IMG/VR virus record: IMGVR_UViG_3300032829_000002 | Span: 62,001 to 120,082 of that record | Length of the DNA: 58,082 bases | Reading direction: 5' to 3' (one strand) | Source of the DNA: an uncultured virus (IMG/VR IMGVR_UViG_3300032829_000002) | Lineage: Duplodnaviria; Heunggongvirae; Uroviricota; Caudoviricetes | Program-made: the position numbers and the translations under genes | Notes under the pieces: generated by a model | The model's database searches: none | Told to the model about the DNA's origin: nothing | The model's input: only the letters and a program-made list of their open reading frames with translations | In this document: in pieces, positions 1-9,657 of the stretch | How positions within the stretch are numbered: position 1 is the first letter of the stretch | Layout of the letters: each line of letters starts with the position of its first letter

Positions 1-1221
1 TCGATGGGCTGCAAGGTTCCCTTCGATACGTGTTCGATCTGCCTCGACTGGGAGGCGTACCGAAAGGCGATGGCGACGTTCAAGAAGGATCGTCATCGTA
101 CGCCCGGAGAGGCAATCCTCGAGGTTCACAAGCAGCTCAAGGCGAAGAACGGCAAGGGCATCCGCGGCTTGTCGATCACGCGCGCCGACTACTGCGAGCA
201 CGCGCGCGGCTCGATGAACAAGATCTTGTCCGACGGACGAAAGGTCTTCGTCTACAACGACTACCCGAAGTTCTTCGACATCAGCTTCGTCTTCATCGGT
301 GCCGACAAGACGGCGAAGGTGATGATGAAGATCGCCGACGGCGAGAGCAAATTGTGGTCGTTGCCCTCAGCGGAAATCGCAGAGAAGCTCGGGTACGTCG
401 AAGAAGACGAACAAGAAGAAAAGACTGCGAGCGCTTCTGAAGAAGACGCGTTCAAGATGGCCTTCCTCGGGAAAGCCGCGAAGCTGAAGAAGAGCGAGAT
501 CGTGAAAGACACGGTCCCCTCGCAGTTCGCTGGCAAGGCTGTTCCGCTGCTCACTCGTCACGAGCCGGATCTACCCGAGGAGGTGCTCGATGCGCTTGCG
601 TCGCGTCCGCTTGGTGAAGCGCTCTCTACGACCACTGGGCTCGGTATGGTTCTTCGACCGAAGGAGTTCCAGCGGATCATCCTCGTTCGCGGAGGTCAAA
701 AAGACGTCGCGGACGATCTCGAGCAACGTGGAGTCGTCTTTCCAAAGAGCGAAGAAACGGACCCCGTTTCCCTTCGTTCCGACCTCTTTCACTCCGCGCT
801 CGCGAAGCTGCTTCTCCCGCTTCTTTCCGATCGATCTGCCTTCGGACCTGCCATCGAGAAGCGGGTTTTGGTCATCATTGGGAAGGGGTCGCCGGTAGCC
901 CGAAAAACAGATTCTTCCCATTCGTCAGATCTGCTGCGTAAGATTGGGAGTGCGTACAACGGCTATCGCCAAGCGATTCTTCATCTCGTTCCTGAAGTGC
1001 AGGACATGATCGATCGCTCCGGTCTTTCCGACGGTAGTCTCAAGAAACTTGCACAGGCCCACGTGAACGAGCTATTCACATCCTTGTCGGCTGCCTATCT
1101 CAAGAACGCGTTCTTGGACGAGGTCGGCCACTCCAAACAGGCGAACGCCGGCGTGGAGAGGGGACTCCCCTCGAGGAACACGTGGAACTCACCAACCCTC
1201 GATGAAGGAGTCCACTCATGA
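1..1221 (+). CDS. Prohead (capsid maturation) protease, 5'-truncated, with Cys/His insertion and long C-terminal extension
   Basis: SMGCKVPFDTCSIC...YCEH...FFDISFVFIGADKTA resembles large-phage prohead proteases (SMG serine, xIS.V...AD..A); lies upstream of scaffold and capsid genes. Confidence 0.65.
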   Translation, partial: SMGCKVPFDTCSICLDWEAYRKAMATFKKDRHRTPGEAILEVHKQLKAKNGKGIRGLSITRADYCEHARGSMNKILSDGRKVFVYNDYPKFFDISFVFIGADKTAKVMMKIADGESKLWSLPSAEIAEKLGYVEEDEQEEKTASASEEDAFKMAFLGKAAKLKKSEIVKDTVPSQFAGKAVPLLTRHEPDLPEEVLDALASRPLGEALSTTTGLGMVLRPKEFQRIILVRGGQKDVADDLEQRGVVFPKSEETDPVSLRSDLFHSALAKLLLPLLSDRSAFGPAIEKRVLVIIGKGSPVARKTDSSHSSDLLRKIGSAYNGYRQAILHLVPEVQDMIDRSGLSDGSLKKLAQAHVNELFTSLSAAYLKNAFLDEVGHSKQANAGVERGLPSRNTWNSPTLDEGVHS

Positions 1222-2021
1222 GTGGGATGCACGAATACCTCGCGCACGCGTACGGCACGACCCAGCCTCAGCAGACCGCTGACGCCGAGAAGGTCGCTCA
1301 AGCCGAGCTCTTCGCGAAGATGGCCGCCGAGAACGGCATCGACCTGAGCACGCTGAACGACAGCCAGATCACCGAGCTCTGGAACGCCACGTTCGCCAAG
1401 ACGGCGGGCGAGGAAGAGAAGAAAGAGCACGGCCACGCGCACAAGGACAAGAAGGCTGCGCAGCACGGCCACAAGCACCACGGCGAGAAGAAGGCCGAGG
1501 CGCAGGCGATGAACGAGTGGCTCCAGACCAAGGAAGCGCAGGCGAAGTTCGCCGAGGCCGACTTCTTCGGTCGTCAGATGGCGCACGCCTACGTGGCGGA
1601 GCTCCGCAAGATCGCCTCCGAAGGCGGCTTCGACTTCCTGGGCTCGAAAGAGGCGGCGATGCCGCCGCAGCTCGCGGCCGCGCTCGGCAAGAAGGACGGC
1701 GGCGGCGAGAAGGAAGAGAAGAAGGACGAGGAGAAGAAGGAAGAGAAGAAGGAGGAGAAGAAAGCCTCCGTGAGCAAGAAGGCGTCGCCTTCGGCGCTCA
1801 CCCAAGTCTCTGCCGCCTTCGCCATCGAGAAAGCGGCCTCGGCCGGTTTCGATCGCGACGAGGCGACCGCGCGCGTGTCGGCGGTCCTCACCCTCGGCTT
1901 CAACGAGGACAACAGCAAGGTGGCCGCCGCCACCGAGTTCCCGCAGGCCAAGGAGATCCGCGCTCTCGAGCTCCTCGAGGCGGCGGGTTACCCCGTGACC
2001 TGGGAGCAGCCCAAGGGCTGA
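1218..2021 (+). CDS. Putative head scaffold/internal protein
   Basis: ATGA-coupled to the protease; charged low-complexity tracts; many K-x-A motifs; AYVAELRKIAS. Confidence 0.6.
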   Translation: MSGMHEYLAHAYGTTQPQQTADAEKVAQAELFAKMAAENGIDLSTLNDSQITELWNATFAKTAGEEEKKEHGHAHKDKKAAQHGHKHHGEKKAEAQAMNEWLQTKEAQAKFAEADFFGRQMAHAYVAELRKIASEGGFDFLGSKEAAMPPQLAAALGKKDGGGEKEEKKDEEKKEEKKEEKKASVSKKASPSALTQVSAAFAIEKAASAGFDRDEATARVSAVLTLGFNEDNSKVAAATEFPQAKEIRALELLEAAGYPVTWEQPKG

Positions 2022-2034
2022 CAAGGAGAGACCG

Positions 2035-3300
2035 TTGTGGGATGGGAGTGCAGCCATGCGCAAGCAAGCCGAGGGGGAATCCTCGGGAGGCTCACTCCTG
2101 TCCGCAGCGGGATCTTCTCCGCTTCCGCAGCCGCAGATCGTCTCGCGACTTGCGCCGGGGAAGCGGGGGCCAACTGGAATGGCCCATCGGAACAACTTCA
2201 CCCGAGTGAACTCGGGCTCGATGCCAGCACCTGATGCTGGCGCAGTCTCTCAGAAGTCGCTACCACCAAAGTACGGGTCAATCATGAACGGAACAGGGAT
2301 GGCATCGAAACCGTCGCTTCAGGACCTGGTCAAGGCAGCGCAGGCTGGCTCCATCTCCCGTGCGCGCATCAGCGAAGAGGCCCGTCGTCAGGCGGAGAAC
2401 CTCTCGGGGGAGAAGACCGCGAGCGCACTGGAGCAAGAGATGTCGGTGCCGACGGAGTACGTCGACAAGCTCGCCGGCGCTCTCGAGTTCCTCGCGAGCG
2501 AGTTCCACAAGAGCGCGGCCAGCGCCGCGCCGCCGGCGCACATCACCGAGCACATCCAGGCTCCCGGCAAGGGACCCGGTGCGCTCGAGGTGTCGCACGC
2601 GACCGCATCGACGTCGCTTCCGGACCACAAGGGTCAGGCGCATCAGCAGCCGCCGCACAAGCCGGGCACCGAGAAGGTGCGCCCGTCGGATCAGGCTGCC
2701 AACGCGCTCGAGACGAACGAGCACCACTCGACGCCGGGGCACACCCCGCAGAAGGTGGCCTCGGCAGATCTGCTCGAGAGCAACCTCGCGCGCCTCGGCC
2801 TGAAGAAGGTCGCCGCGGAGAAGTGCGAGAAGTGCGGCAAGGACAAGACCGCGTGCGAGTGCAAGCCCGAGAAGAAGGCGTCTGCTCTCCTCGAAGGCAA
2901 CCTCGCGCGCCTCGGCATCAGCAAGAAGGCCGAGGACGCGATCAACCCGGCGCACATCTCGGCGGGTCCCGCCGTTCCGCCGGAGACCAGCGCTGCGGGT
3001 GAAGCGGGCGGCGCGCCCGCCGGCGGCAAGCCCGGTCCGAACACCGAGCTCGTCGGCTCGAACCAGGCGGCCATCAACTACACCAAGGGGCAGGCCAAGT
3101 CTGGTCCGAAGAGCGACATGAAGAAGTGGCTCGACGAGCCGGCTCTGTCGTCGCAGACCGACAGCACGCTCCGCGCGGCGTTCGACAGCACCGCGCAGGC
3201 GGGCACCAAGTTCGGCAGTGCGAACGGCGGCGTGAAGGTCGCGGCTGCGCGCGCTCTCCTCGAGACCCTGCTCGACGAGCAGACCAACCCGACGGCGTGA
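2035..3300 (+). CDS. Putative scaffold/internal head protein (start uncertain)
   Basis: AAGGAG upstream; disordered Ala/Pro-rich; duplicated LLExNLARLG block; K-x-A motifs. Confidence 0.6.
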   Translation: MWDGSAAMRKQAEGESSGGSLLSAAGSSPLPQPQIVSRLAPGKRGPTGMAHRNNFTRVNSGSMPAPDAGAVSQKSLPPKYGSIMNGTGMASKPSLQDLVKAAQAGSISRARISEEARRQAENLSGEKTASALEQEMSVPTEYVDKLAGALEFLASEFHKSAASAAPPAHITEHIQAPGKGPGALEVSHATASTSLPDHKGQAHQQPPHKPGTEKVRPSDQAANALETNEHHSTPGHTPQKVASADLLESNLARLGLKKVAAEKCEKCGKDKTACECKPEKKASALLEGNLARLGISKKAEDAINPAHISAGPAVPPETSAAGEAGGAPAGGKPGPNTELVGSNQAAINYTKGQAKSGPKSDMKKWLDEPALSSQTDSTLRAAFDSTAQAGTKFGSANGGVKVAAARALLETLLDEQTNPTA

Positions 3301-3310
3301 GGAAGGGACC

Positions 3311-3664
3311 ATGGAGAAGATCAGCCACGACAAGGTCGCAGAAGTCCTCAACGACGCTGCCACCGCGCTGCGTTCGGTCACGGCCGAGCGCGACGAGCTT
3401 CGCACGAAGGTCGCTCAGTACGAGCGCCGTGCGGAGGCGGAGAAAGTCGCTCACGAGATGCAGAGCAAGGGCATCAGCAACGAGCCCTTCGAGCAACTCG
3501 TGACGAACCTCGAGAAGATGGCCGAAAGCGGCAAGCTCGGGGAGATCAAGAACGCAGTGAACCTCGTCGGTCCCGACATGGGACGGAAGCTCGCTTCGCT
3601 CACCAACGACAACCAGTCTCACGTGGGCGGCTCCGACTTGGAGTCGTTCCTCACGGGCGGCTGA
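3311..3664 (+). CDS. Small coiled-coil scaffold-like protein
   Basis: Helical coiled coil two genes upstream of the capsid gene. Confidence 0.55.
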   Translation: MEKISHDKVAEVLNDAATALRSVTAERDELRTKVAQYERRAEAEKVAHEMQSKGISNEPFEQLVTNLEKMAESGKLGEIKNAVNLVGPDMGRKLASLTNDNQSHVGGSDLESFLTGG

Positions 3665-3699
3665 GTTCGGCTGAACATCGGTTCTAGGAGGAAATCATC

Positions 3700-4227
3700 A
3701 TGTCGACGGTCCAGAGGATCAATTTCGAGCTGGTGACGGACATCCTTCCGCTCCACCGGAGGGATTTCCCGCTCGCCGATCCGACGTTGGCCGACCCCAC
3801 GAACGCCACCACGGGGACGGTCGACGGCGAGTGGATGACGCTCAACTCGAGCTACCAGCTCATTCGCGGCGCGAGCATCGCTGCGGCGGGCAACGGCGCC
3901 ACTGTGCGCTGCTTCCCGCTGTGGGCGGAGCGCGGTCGTTACGACGTCCAGGCGATGGCAGGCCGCAAGATGCCGGTCATCTTCCTCGGCGCGTACGAGT
4001 TCGACACGCGCATCTACGACGCCTCGCTCGTCGTGGGCTCGGGTGCGGCGATCACCACGGTGCTCCAGCCCGTGAAGGTGTCGTCGATCCAGCTCGGTTC
4101 TCGCTTCTACTGCGGCCTCGTCGGCCACGGTGGCGCGGGAGATTCGGCGCCGATCGTCGGGTACGTCACCCGCCTTCCGGCGAGCAACGGCAACAAGCTC
4201 CGCTTCATCTCCGGGTACCGCTCGTAA
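3700..4227 (+). CDS. Putative capsid decoration/cement protein
   Basis: 175 aa beta-rich ORF directly upstream of the MCP; AGGAGG RBS. Confidence 0.5.
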   Translation: MSTVQRINFELVTDILPLHRRDFPLADPTLADPTNATTGTVDGEWMTLNSSYQLIRGASIAAAGNGATVRCFPLWAERGRYDVQAMAGRKMPVIFLGAYEFDTRIYDASLVVGSGAAITTVLQPVKVSSIQLGSRFYCGLVGHGGAGDSAPIVGYVTRLPASNGNKLRFISGYRS

Positions 4228-4269
4228 GCGGGACGCCAGAGCGGCAACAAGAAGGAGAAGGAGAAGACC

Positions 4270-5391
4270 ATGAGTGTCCCCGCACGAGTCCTCAACGACC
4301 TGTTCACCCAGAAGCTGGGCACGCAGGAAGGCAAGGAGAAGATCGCAGAGTACGGCGGTTCGTACGTCCGTGATCGTCTCCGCGAAGTGTCCTACGCGAG
4401 GAAAGTTCTTCCTCCCGAGCAGGTCACCCGCGCCGACTGCCAGCGCAGCGTCAACCACGACACCCTCGTCAAGATCGTGGACGTCGAGCCGCAGAGCCGC
4501 GCGCTCTCGATCTCGTTCCGCGGTCAGCCCACCGCCCGCTTCATCCGCGGTGCGAAGGCCGAGGTCGCCTTCTTCACCATCTCCTCGGAGATGTTCCAGA
4601 AGACGGAGCAGGAGCTTCTCGCCTACGAGATGCCCATCACCAAGATCATCGAGGACAACTCGGTGAAGGACATCCAGGAGATCGAGGACCGCGAGTTCAC
4701 GATCAACATCGAGGCGGCCGTCCAAGCGCTCCAGCAGGAAGCGAACGGCGGCACGATCACCTCGCTGAACTGGTCGAACATCAACGCGGGCGCCGTCGTC
4801 GAGTTCTCCGTCCGCAAGGGCGAGCTCGCGCGCAACGCCGGCAAGAACGACGCGACCGTGCGCCCGATCCAGCGCCCGGACCTCGTCAACCTCTTCAAGT
4901 TGCTCGACGGCAACCGCCTCCGCTCGGAGCGCGTCCTGATGACGGAAGTCGACTGGGACGACCTCCTTCAGTGGACGGTCGAGGACTTCGGCGATCGCCT
5001 CCAGTCGGAGACGGCGGTCGACGGGTACAAGTACAACACGCTGCTCGGCCGCGCGTACATCCGCACGGTCAAGACGGACATCCTCCGCGCGGGCAACGTG
5101 TACTGCTTCACCCGCCCGGAGTTCTTCGGGAAGTTCTACGTCCTGAACAACTCGAAGTTCTACATCGACAAGATCGCCAACATGATCACCTTCCAGGCGT
5201 GGGAGGACATCGGTATGGGGATCATCAACATCGCGGCGGTGCGCAAACTCGAGCTCTACTCGGCCGACGCGACGTCGAACAACGCGGATGGGCTGCTCTC
5301 GAGCTTCATCCCGGTCGCCGAGGACGCGCTCGGTGCGGTCAACAACCGCGTCGACACGGGCCTCCAGTTCCCGCAGGTCAACCAGTACTGA
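4270..5391 (+). CDS. Major capsid protein (HK97 fold)
   Basis: 373 aa; strong RBS; very biased codons; KDIQEIEDREF helix; LLG..Y A-domain motif; followed by terminator. Confidence 0.8.
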   Translation: MSVPARVLNDLFTQKLGTQEGKEKIAEYGGSYVRDRLREVSYARKVLPPEQVTRADCQRSVNHDTLVKIVDVEPQSRALSISFRGQPTARFIRGAKAEVAFFTISSEMFQKTEQELLAYEMPITKIIEDNSVKDIQEIEDREFTINIEAAVQALQQEANGGTITSLNWSNINAGAVVEFSVRKGELARNAGKNDATVRPIQRPDLVNLFKLLDGNRLRSERVLMTEVDWDDLLQWTVEDFGDRLQSETAVDGYKYNTLLGRAYIRTVKTDILRAGNVYCFTRPEFFGKFYVLNNSKFYIDKIANMITFQAWEDIGMGIINIAAVRKLELYSADATSNNADGLLSSFIPVAEDALGAVNNRVDTGLQFPQVNQY

Positions 5392-5428
5392 GCGGGACAC
5401 CGTCAGGCCACGGCGGTCTGGCGCAACT

Positions 5429-5472
5429 CACGAGGCGTCGGTACCGGCAGGTGCCGGCGCCTTGTGCTTTTT
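5429..5472 (+). terminator. Intrinsic terminator after MCP
   Basis: CACGAGGCGTCGGTACC-GGCA-GGTGCCGGCGCCTTGTG stem followed by CTTTTT. Confidence 0.75.
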
Positions 5473-5482
5473 CGGAGAGTCT

Positions 5483-6103
5483 ATGGAGTACTGCCTTCAC
5501 AGCACGGTCCGCTCGCTCAAGACGCGCACGCTGCGCGCGACGCAGCCGACGCATGTGCGCCGCACGCAGTTCGTTCTCGACACCCAGCGCCGCCTCGTAC
5601 CGGGGCGTCCGACGGTCATCAGCGAGGAAGAGCTGAGTCGCAATCTCGAAACGCTCAAGCAGCTCGAGAGGGACGGTGTTCTCGAGGTCAAGCTGCCGAC
5701 GGGAGAACCCGTCGATCTGCTGCACCTGGCGCCGAAGCAGAAGACGCCCGATCCGAAGCTGCACCCCGAACGGCTTCCGGACTCGGCGCACAACGACCTT
5801 CCCATCGGTCGCACGTTCCGCAAGCTCGATCTGTCCAACGAGCTCGCGGTCGATCCTCTCGCGAGGCCGGAGATCTTGTCGAAGGAGCCGGTGCCTGCGC
5901 CGCTTCCTCCTCCGGTCAAAGAGGGGCACATCGTTCCCGCTCTTCCGCCGAACGCCCCGTACGTTCCGAAGAAGAAAATCGAGGCGAAGGCTTCGGAGGA
6001 GCAGCCGGCGAGTACGAACATGTTCGGCGGTCCTTCTCTCGAGGACTTGGCGGACGTGGACGCAGACGAGGTCGAGTACGTCGAGAAGAAATCGCGGAGG
6101 TGA
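5483..6103 (+). CDS. Hypothetical protein
   Basis: GGAGAG RBS before ATG 5483; acidic/basic tail. Confidence 0.6.
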   Translation: MEYCLHSTVRSLKTRTLRATQPTHVRRTQFVLDTQRRLVPGRPTVISEEELSRNLETLKQLERDGVLEVKLPTGEPVDLLHLAPKQKTPDPKLHPERLPDSAHNDLPIGRTFRKLDLSNELAVDPLARPEILSKEPVPAPLPPPVKEGHIVPALPPNAPYVPKKKIEAKASEEQPASTNMFGGPSLEDLADVDADEVEYVEKKSRR

Positions 6104-6106
6104 CGC

Positions 6107-6607
6107 GTGTCGCTCGAGGGCATTCCTGGGGTCACTCAAACGATGAGGAACTTCGTACAGGACGTGCGCCTGTACATGCGGGACCTCCCTGAGTTGAACC
6201 GCATCGTGCGTGGAGAGGAGTCGAGCGATCGGCAGATCGCTTGGTCGATTCTCGATGCCCTCTCCGACTTCAACGGCACGCCGCACTTCACCTCGATGTC
6301 CCTCGAGGAGATGCTCATGCGCAACCAGCACGCCCTTCTGCGCCGCATGACGGTCATCTCGCTCATCGAGTCGGTCGCTCTTCTTCAGATCCGCAACCAC
6401 ATCAACTACTCGACCGGCGGCATCAACGTGGGCGTCAACGACAAGGCCCCGTTGCTGCTATCCTGGCTCCAGTACTACAAGTCGTACACCGATCAGCTCA
6501 AGCAACGCGTGAAGGTCGCTCTCAACATCGAGGGCATCTTGGGTCCGTCGAACAGCGGCGTGCACTCGGAGCTCTGGGCCGTCAACGCCACCTACGCAGC
6601 CTACTGA
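6107..6607 (+). CDS. Putative head-tail adaptor/neck protein
   Basis: GGAGG RBS; helical 166 aa; position after capsid gene. Confidence 0.5.
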   Translation: MSLEGIPGVTQTMRNFVQDVRLYMRDLPELNRIVRGEESSDRQIAWSILDALSDFNGTPHFTSMSLEEMLMRNQHALLRRMTVISLIESVALLQIRNHINYSTGGINVGVNDKAPLLLSWLQYYKSYTDQLKQRVKVALNIEGILGPSNSGVHSELWAVNATYAAY

Positions 6608-6614
6608 GGACACC

Positions 6615-7115
6615 ATGGCGATTTGGAAGGTCAACAAGTTCCGCGAGCTCGACGAGCTCAACATGTTCCTGAACGGCGCCGTTGTCGGCGGCGACGTCTC
6701 GTACTTCGCGCAGACGATCGCTCAGGGTGGCGGCGGTCAGCGCGACATCCCTCCGCTCGTCGGGCTGACCTTCAAGACGAAGGCGCCTGGCCCCGCAGGC
6801 ACGTGCACCTTCATCGCGGGTGCGAACCCAGGCGGCAAGCTCCTCTTCAAGGAGATCAAGTCGCAGATCGAGGGAGCGATCGCGGGCGTCAAGGTCCGCC
6901 AGTTCGAAGGCCACTTGGTCATCGTCGAGTCCTCGCCGGCGAACGGCATCACCATCGACAAGACGGGAACGGCCAACGCGGTTCTCGGCTTCGACACCGG
7001 CAACGACACGATCGGCAAGGTCTACGGCACACCGTATGGCACGCCGACGCCGCCGTACTTCGGCTTCGCGTACTCGGTCAACGACAACATGCACGTCGTC
7101 TACACCTTCGAGTGA
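6615..7115 (+). CDS. Hypothetical virion protein
   Basis: GAGGA RBS; TANAVLGF segment resembles the AGVLTAFGF segment of the sheath insertion. Confidence 0.6.
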   Translation: MAIWKVNKFRELDELNMFLNGAVVGGDVSYFAQTIAQGGGGQRDIPPLVGLTFKTKAPGPAGTCTFIAGANPGGKLLFKEIKSQIEGAIAGVKVRQFEGHLVIVESSPANGITIDKTGTANAVLGFDTGNDTIGKVYGTPYGTPTPPYFGFAYSVNDNMHVVYTFE

Positions 7116-7122
7116 GGAGTCC

Positions 7123-9657
7123 ATGTCGTTCGAACGCAACATCGTCGGAGACCTCCCGCTCGCAGCGGCGAGTGCCTTCTTTCTGAAGCTGAAGACGGCT
7201 GCTCAGGCTCCTCTCGATCCCCCGGACGAGACCGGCGGCCTCGAGGGGCAGTTCGAAGCGCCTGTCGAGCAGGTTCTTCCTCTGCTCGTGCAGATGGTCG
7301 AGAACGAGTTCAAGACCATGTACGCGTACAAGACGTACGCGCAGTCGCTCCGCGACTTGTCGCACTTCGCGATCGCAGAAGAGTTCGAAGATCACTCCGA
7401 GGACGAGATCGAGCACGCCGACTGGCTGCTTCGTCGTCTCGCTGTTCTCGGTGGTCCTTCGCAGCTCAACGACATCCCGGCGCCGCCGCCGGCGACCGAT
7501 CCGTCGGCGATCATCAACACGATGATCCGCATGGAGCAGGAAGGCATCGCCAAGTGGCGCGTGCTGCACTCGATGCTCGGAGAGAACCCGGCGAAGTACA
7601 AGGTCGAGGAGTACCTCACCAAAGAGCAAGAGCACCTCGACGAGCTCTGGCAGATGCTTCCGAACACTCCGTCGATGTCGATGCAACCGATGGCGGCGGC
7701 GCAACCTCCTGCGGCCCCGCAGCCGCAGCAGCGCACTCCAGCGACCAACAATCCGGACGCAAGCGGCACGATGCCGCCGGCGATCGAGAAGAAGGAAGCC
7801 ATGGCGAAGTTCGCCGAGCACGTGCGCGTGATGCGCAAGCGCGGCTCGGGCAACTTCGATCAGCACGGCGACGCGACCGCGATGATGGAGGACTTCCTCA
7901 AGAACGCGAGCGCCAAGATGGCGGTTTCGCACACGTGGGTGAAGGATCGAGTTGCTCGTGCCATCAATCGCGGAGCCAAAGAAAGTCGTGTGCGCGACTT
8001 CCAGAACGCGATGGGACGTGTCGTGGCCAAGCATCGTGGCCCTACGGGACCCGTTGCGCAGAAGGCGGATGCAGCAAAGCGAACTGCTGAAGAGGTGCTG
8101 GGGCTGAAGCGCGTTCGTGCTGCTACCGAGAAGAAAGCGGGCATCGGCGGCGGCTATGACTGGCGCCCGATGTCGGCGATTCCCGGAACGGCGGGAGACA
8201 CAGGCCGTGTCGAGCAACCCGTTCAGCAGCTCCAGGTCCAGCTTCCGGCCATCGGCAGCTACACGGGCAAGGAGACGACCAAGGCGGACCTCAGCTCGCC
8301 CGCTCCTCGTCGTGGTGGCGGAGGCGGTGGTGGAGGCGGGGACGACATGGGGCTGGGCGGCCTCGACTTCGGAAAAGAGGGATCGATTCCGCTCTGGAAG
8401 AAGCTCGCCAAGGCCGACGCCGTCTCGAGGGGCCACGAGCGCGCGGATGCGGGGCTCGCGGCGCGCGCGCGGCAGACGGAGGGAATGCGCGGTGAGCTCT
8501 ACGGCGACGTGATCGGCCGCATTCTCGGCGCGACCGGTGGCTTCTACGCGGGCAAGCCGGGTGGTTCTTTGCCGTCGATCGCAGCGGCTGCACTCGGGCA
8601 GCACTTGGGCGGCAAGGCGGGCAAGACCGTCGGACGTGAGGTCGACACGCGCCGCACCAAGAAGAAGCTCGGCGGCATCAAGCAGGCGTTCGAGGACACG
8701 ATGAATCTGCTCGGGCAAGAGCAGATGCTTCAGCAGCAGCAGGGCGCCAACGAAGCGGCCTTCTACATGGAGCGCTCGCGCGCGCTCGCCGAGCAGCAGA
8801 AGCAGATGGAGCAGGCGCTCCAGGCGGCGCAGCAGGAGAAGGAGCAGCAGGCGCAGCAGCTTGCGGAGCTCCAGAACGCGGTGCAGCAGCAGACGCAGAT
8901 GTCGAACGATGCGACGACGCGCGCGTTGATGCAGACGGTGCAGGCGAACAACTCGGCGCTTCAGAGCCGTCAGCTCGCGAACGACACGACGGCGGCGCTT
9001 CAGAAGTTGAAGCAGACGCTGCGGGAGATCGCTGGTGATGACAGCGGTTCGAACACCGGCGGTATGGGGTCTGGTGGTGAGCCGGCGACCAGCCTTCAGC
9101 AGCAGGGTCCGGCGGCGCAGGCACCGAGCGCGGGCAACACTCCGTCGGCAGCGCCCCCCGAAGGTGGAACGACGACTCCGGGTCCGACCGAAAGCCCAGA
9201 CTCGGGCGCGAGTGGTCAACCGGGACGCACGGTCGGGCAGCAAGATCAGAACCGCCCGCAGACGGGTGACCAGTTCAAGAGCGCGAGCGTGAAGGACCTC
9301 GCCAAGGGCGCGCTTCACGGAGCGAAGCAGATGCTCACGTCTAAGGCTCCGTACGCGCTTGGTGGCGCGGCACTGATGGGAGGTCTTCAGGCGGCCAACA
9401 TCCACGGCGGCTCGGAGAAGCTTCGTCAGGAGGTCGCGGCGGACGAGAAGACGCCTGCGGGATCGTTCGGTGAAGCGATGATGCAGGCGCAGCGCAAAGC
9501 GCGGCTTGGTCTGGCGGAGGCTGGGGAGAAGTTCCCTGGTGCTTCTACGGCGATGGCAGCTCTCGGCGGTGCAAGCATGGGTGCGAGTCTCGGTCCCGCG
9601 CTGGTGGGCCGACTTCAGCGCGCGCCCGGTGACATCAAGACTCTGATGGGAGGTTGA
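7123..9657 (+). CDS. Ferritin-like domain fused to glycine-zipper and coiled-coil regions (putative internal virion protein)
   Basis: GAGGAG RBS; ENEFKT...EDEIEH...MEQEG...KEQEH di-iron pattern; Gln-rich coiled coil; GxxxG tracts. Confidence 0.7.
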   Translation: MSFERNIVGDLPLAAASAFFLKLKTAAQAPLDPPDETGGLEGQFEAPVEQVLPLLVQMVENEFKTMYAYKTYAQSLRDLSHFAIAEEFEDHSEDEIEHADWLLRRLAVLGGPSQLNDIPAPPPATDPSAIINTMIRMEQEGIAKWRVLHSMLGENPAKYKVEEYLTKEQEHLDELWQMLPNTPSMSMQPMAAAQPPAAPQPQQRTPATNNPDASGTMPPAIEKKEAMAKFAEHVRVMRKRGSGNFDQHGDATAMMEDFLKNASAKMAVSHTWVKDRVARAINRGAKESRVRDFQNAMGRVVAKHRGPTGPVAQKADAAKRTAEEVLGLKRVRAATEKKAGIGGGYDWRPMSAIPGTAGDTGRVEQPVQQLQVQLPAIGSYTGKETTKADLSSPAPRRGGGGGGGGGDDMGLGGLDFGKEGSIPLWKKLAKADAVSRGHERADAGLAARARQTEGMRGELYGDVIGRILGATGGFYAGKPGGSLPSIAAAALGQHLGGKAGKTVGREVDTRRTKKKLGGIKQAFEDTMNLLGQEQMLQQQQGANEAAFYMERSRALAEQQKQMEQALQAAQQEKEQQAQQLAELQNAVQQQTQMSNDATTRALMQTVQANNSALQSRQLANDTTAALQKLKQTLREIAGDDSGSNTGGMGSGGEPATSLQQQGPAAQAPSAGNTPSAAPPEGGTTTPGPTESPDSGASGQPGRTVGQQDQNRPQTGDQFKSASVKDLAKGALHGAKQMLTSKAPYALGGAALMGGLQAANIHGGSEKLRQEVAADEKTPAGSFGEAMMQAQRKARLGLAEAGEKFPGASTAMAALGGASMGASLGPALVGRLQRAPGDIKTLMGG

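Noticed and set aside
6820..7122. ORF-track N-terminal extension of the ferritin-domain protein
   Set aside because: Overlaps gene 6615-7115; the RBS-supported start is 7123
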